From Chthonomonadaceae bacterium (GTDB taxonomy: Bacteria > Armatimonadota > Chthonomonadetes > Chthonomonadales > Chthonomonadaceae), in contig DASRGZ010000001.1 in NCBI GenBank assembly GCA_035650735.1, positions 62,001 through 112,395 on the forward strand: a stretch of DNA of 50,395 nt, in the 5' to 3' direction. The notes under the pieces were generated by a model, which worked only from the letters and a program-made list of their open reading frames with translations, had not been told where the DNA came from and did no database searches. A program made the position numbers and the translations under genes. Below, piece by piece: positions 48,388 through 50,395 of the stretch. Position 1 is the stretch's first letter, and each line of letters starts with the position of its first letter.

Positions 48388-50394
48388 CTATTCCGTTCCT
48401 TGCTTCGTTGCCGGGTTAGGATTGGTCAGTCGGGCCAGGTAGGTCGTACGCGGACGGGTGTTGAGTTCCGTCAGCAGGCCGTAGTTGTGCGGCTCGGCCT
48501 TGAGTTTGGACACCTGGCTGCTCGGATCGTTGAGATCACCGAAAATGATCGCGTTGGTCGGGCAGGCCTGCTGGCAGGCCGTCATCACTTCTCCATCGCG
48601 CACGCGCCGGTTCTCGATCTCGGCGGTGATCTTGGCGTTCTGGAGGCGCTGCACGCAGTAGGTGCATTTCTCCATGACCCCCGTGGTCCGCCACGTCACC
48701 TCCGGGTTGCGTATCAGGTTCATCACCGGCGCCTGATAGGGCACGGGCGAAATGGCCTCATAATTGAGGAAGTTAAAGCGGCGCACCTTATACGGGCAGT
48801 TATTGGAGCAGTAGCGCGTGCCGACGCAGCGGTTATAGACCATCTGGTTCAGCCCGTCCTCGCTGTGCAGCGTCGCGTCCACCGGGCAGACCAGTTCGCA
48901 GGGCGCTTTCTCGCACTGCATACAAGGCACGGGCATAAAGTAGGCGCCCGCCGGGTTATCCAGGTCCTTGCCCACGTAGTAGCGGTCGATCCGCAGCCAG
49001 TGCATCTCGCGCCCGCGCAGCACCTCCGCCTTTCCGACGACGGCGATGTTATTTTCCGCCTGGCAGGCCACCACGCAGGCGTTGCAGCCGATGCAGACGT
49101 TGTTGTCAATCTCCATAGCCCAGGCGTACTCGCCACGAGGCGATTCGGGCAGAAGCATGGGCGGCTTGTCCGGGGGATACTCCTTGCCGTGCGCGAAATC
49201 CGGGTTGCGGCGAAACGCCTCAATATCGGTAAACCGGATCAGGTCGCGGCCCTCCATCGTGTGATGGCTGTGCGTGCAGGCCAGGCGGTAGAGGTCGTCG
49301 GTGTTGCGCACTTGCAGGCCCGCGCCAAACCAGGGCGCGTCCGAGGTGCGCAGCGCGTAGGCGTTGACGCCGACGCCCGTGCCGACGTTGCCAGCGCGTG
49401 TTCGACCATAGCCCAGCGTGATCGTGATGGCGTTATCCGGGTGGCCCGGCAGTATCCAGACCGGCGCGCGCAGCCGGCGCCCGCGATACTCCAGTTCCAC
49501 GACCTGCACGCTGTTGGCGAGGTTGGTATTGGTATCCCGGGGCGATAGCTGGAGTGCTTCCGCCGTGCGCGGGCTGACCAGGGCGGCGTTGTCCCAGGTC
49601 AGCTTGCTGAGGGGCTTGGGCAGTTCCTGCAGCCAGCCGTTATTCGCGTAGCGCCCGTCCCAGATCGTGGGGTCGGGCCGGAAAACAATCTCCAGGCCCG
49701 CGCCGCCTGCACTAAAGCCCTCACCCCCGGCCCCTCTCCCACGCTGCGGGAGAGGGGAGGTTTCTGTGGTGCCGGCTTGCCTCTGGCCCACAGCCGGAGC
49801 GAGAGGCGCCGGAGGTAGGGAGAGCGGCTGAAGCGTTACCGTCTTCACTGGCGCGGCGGTGTCGGGCACCACGCCGTCGTGCAGGGCCTTGCGCCAGAAC
49901 GTCTCAAAATCGCCTCCCGGACTCCGGCCTTTCCAGTACGCCTTAACGATGTCGTGGCTGGAGCGGCCGGGCGGCGTCAGCAGCGCATCCAACAGCTCGT
50001 GCGCCGATTTGCCGTCCGTATACAGCGGCGCGATGAGCGGCTGAAGGATGGTGGCCGTGCCGTCGTAGGTACGGGCATCGCTCCAGGTCTCTAAGTAGTG
50101 CAGTTCCGGAATGTGCCACTGGCAGAGCGCCGCCGTCTCGTCCTCGTAGAGCCCCAGATGTACGCTCGTCGGCACCTTCGCCAGCGCTCCGGCAAAGTCA
50201 AGGTCAGCCGGGCAGGTATAGACCGGATTGCTGCCGAGGATAAGCAGCACCCGTACCTGTCCGGCCTGCATCGCGCTCACCAGATCCTTGAGCGAGGCCA
50301 TCTGGTCCACAGCCTCTCCCACAACCGGCTCGGTGTAGACGACGGTGTTGCCCACCGCTCCCAACGCCGCGTTCATCGCGTGCGCCAGGGCATG
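48388..50394 (-). CDS. actB: alternative complex III subunit B (molybdopterin-like + Fe-S domains), 5' truncated by the window
   Basis: NNGWLQELPKP..KLTWDN, CIGCNACVVAC, PCMQCEKAPCELVCP, RCVGTRYCSNNCPY, EKCTYC. Confidence 0.96.
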   Translation of the reverse strand, partial: HALAHAMNAALGAVGNTVVYTEPVVGEAVDQMASLKDLVSAMQAGQVRVLLILGSNPVYTCPADLDFAGALAKVPTSVHLGLYEDETAALCQWHIPELHYLETWSDARTYDGTATILQPLIAPLYTDGKSAHELLDALLTPPGRSSHDIVKAYWKGRSPGGDFETFWRKALHDGVVPDTAAPVKTVTLQPLSLPPAPLAPAVGQRQAGTTETSPLPQRGRGAGGEGFSAGGAGLEIVFRPDPTIWDGRYANNGWLQELPKPLSKLTWDNAALVSPRTAEALQLSPRDTNTNLANSVQVVELEYRGRRLRAPVWILPGHPDNAITITLGYGRTRAGNVGTGVGVNAYALRTSDAPWFGAGLQVRNTDDLYRLACTHSHHTMEGRDLIRFTDIEAFRRNPDFAHGKEYPPDKPPMLLPESPRGEYAWAMEIDNNVCIGCNACVVACQAENNIAVVGKAEVLRGREMHWLRIDRYYVGKDLDNPAGAYFMPVPCMQCEKAPCELVCPVDATLHSEDGLNQMVYNRCVGTRYCSNNCPYKVRRFNFLNYEAISPVPYQAPVMNLIRNPEVTWRTTGVMEKCTYCVQRLQNAKITAEIENRRVRDGEVMTACQQACPTNAIIFGDLNDPSSQVSKLKAEPHNYGLLTELNTRPRTTYLARLTNPNPATKQGTE
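49718..49758. repeat. repeat family A core inside the actB coding sequence
   Basis: CCCTCACCCCCGGCCCCTCTCCCACGCTGCGGGAGAGGGGA, read as [14 protein letters not shown]. Confidence 0.9.
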
Positions 50395-50395
50395 C

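Overview
GC-rich bacterial chromosomal window. The lineage is probably Armatimonadota-like, an inference from the prepilin/H-X9-DG protein, the MoxR/prenyltransferase locus and ACIII. Housekeeping blocks: partial prs; trpF, then trpBA; an SLBB export protein; a prepilin-like/MATE-like/PhyH cluster; a nitrilase/dehydrogenase operon; a roughly 15 kb MoxR-DUF58-BatA/vWA-prenyltransferase-repeat operon; and an alternative complex III plus caa3-type (A2) cytochrome oxidase operon running off the right end. The accessory layer has four notable parts. (1) A self-promoted 4 kb cassette lies between trpF and trpB. It encodes a class III nucleotide cyclase-STAND ATPase-TPR protein followed by two tandem paralogous His/Cys-motif proteins I cannot assign to any family. 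(2) A second HTH-cyclase-NB-ARC-TPR gene is divergent from a small membrane peptide plus WYL-like gene pair, with a palindromic operator between them. (3) Several families of short palindromic repeats occur both intergenically and in frame in the N-termini, signal peptides or linkers of exported proteins (CoxII, ActE, ActB, SLBB, YdjY-like, prenyltransferase). (4) Two tiny MITEs with target-site duplications and several decayed toxin genes are present. No rRNA, tRNA or CRISPR array was found. All assignments are by eye; no database searches were run.
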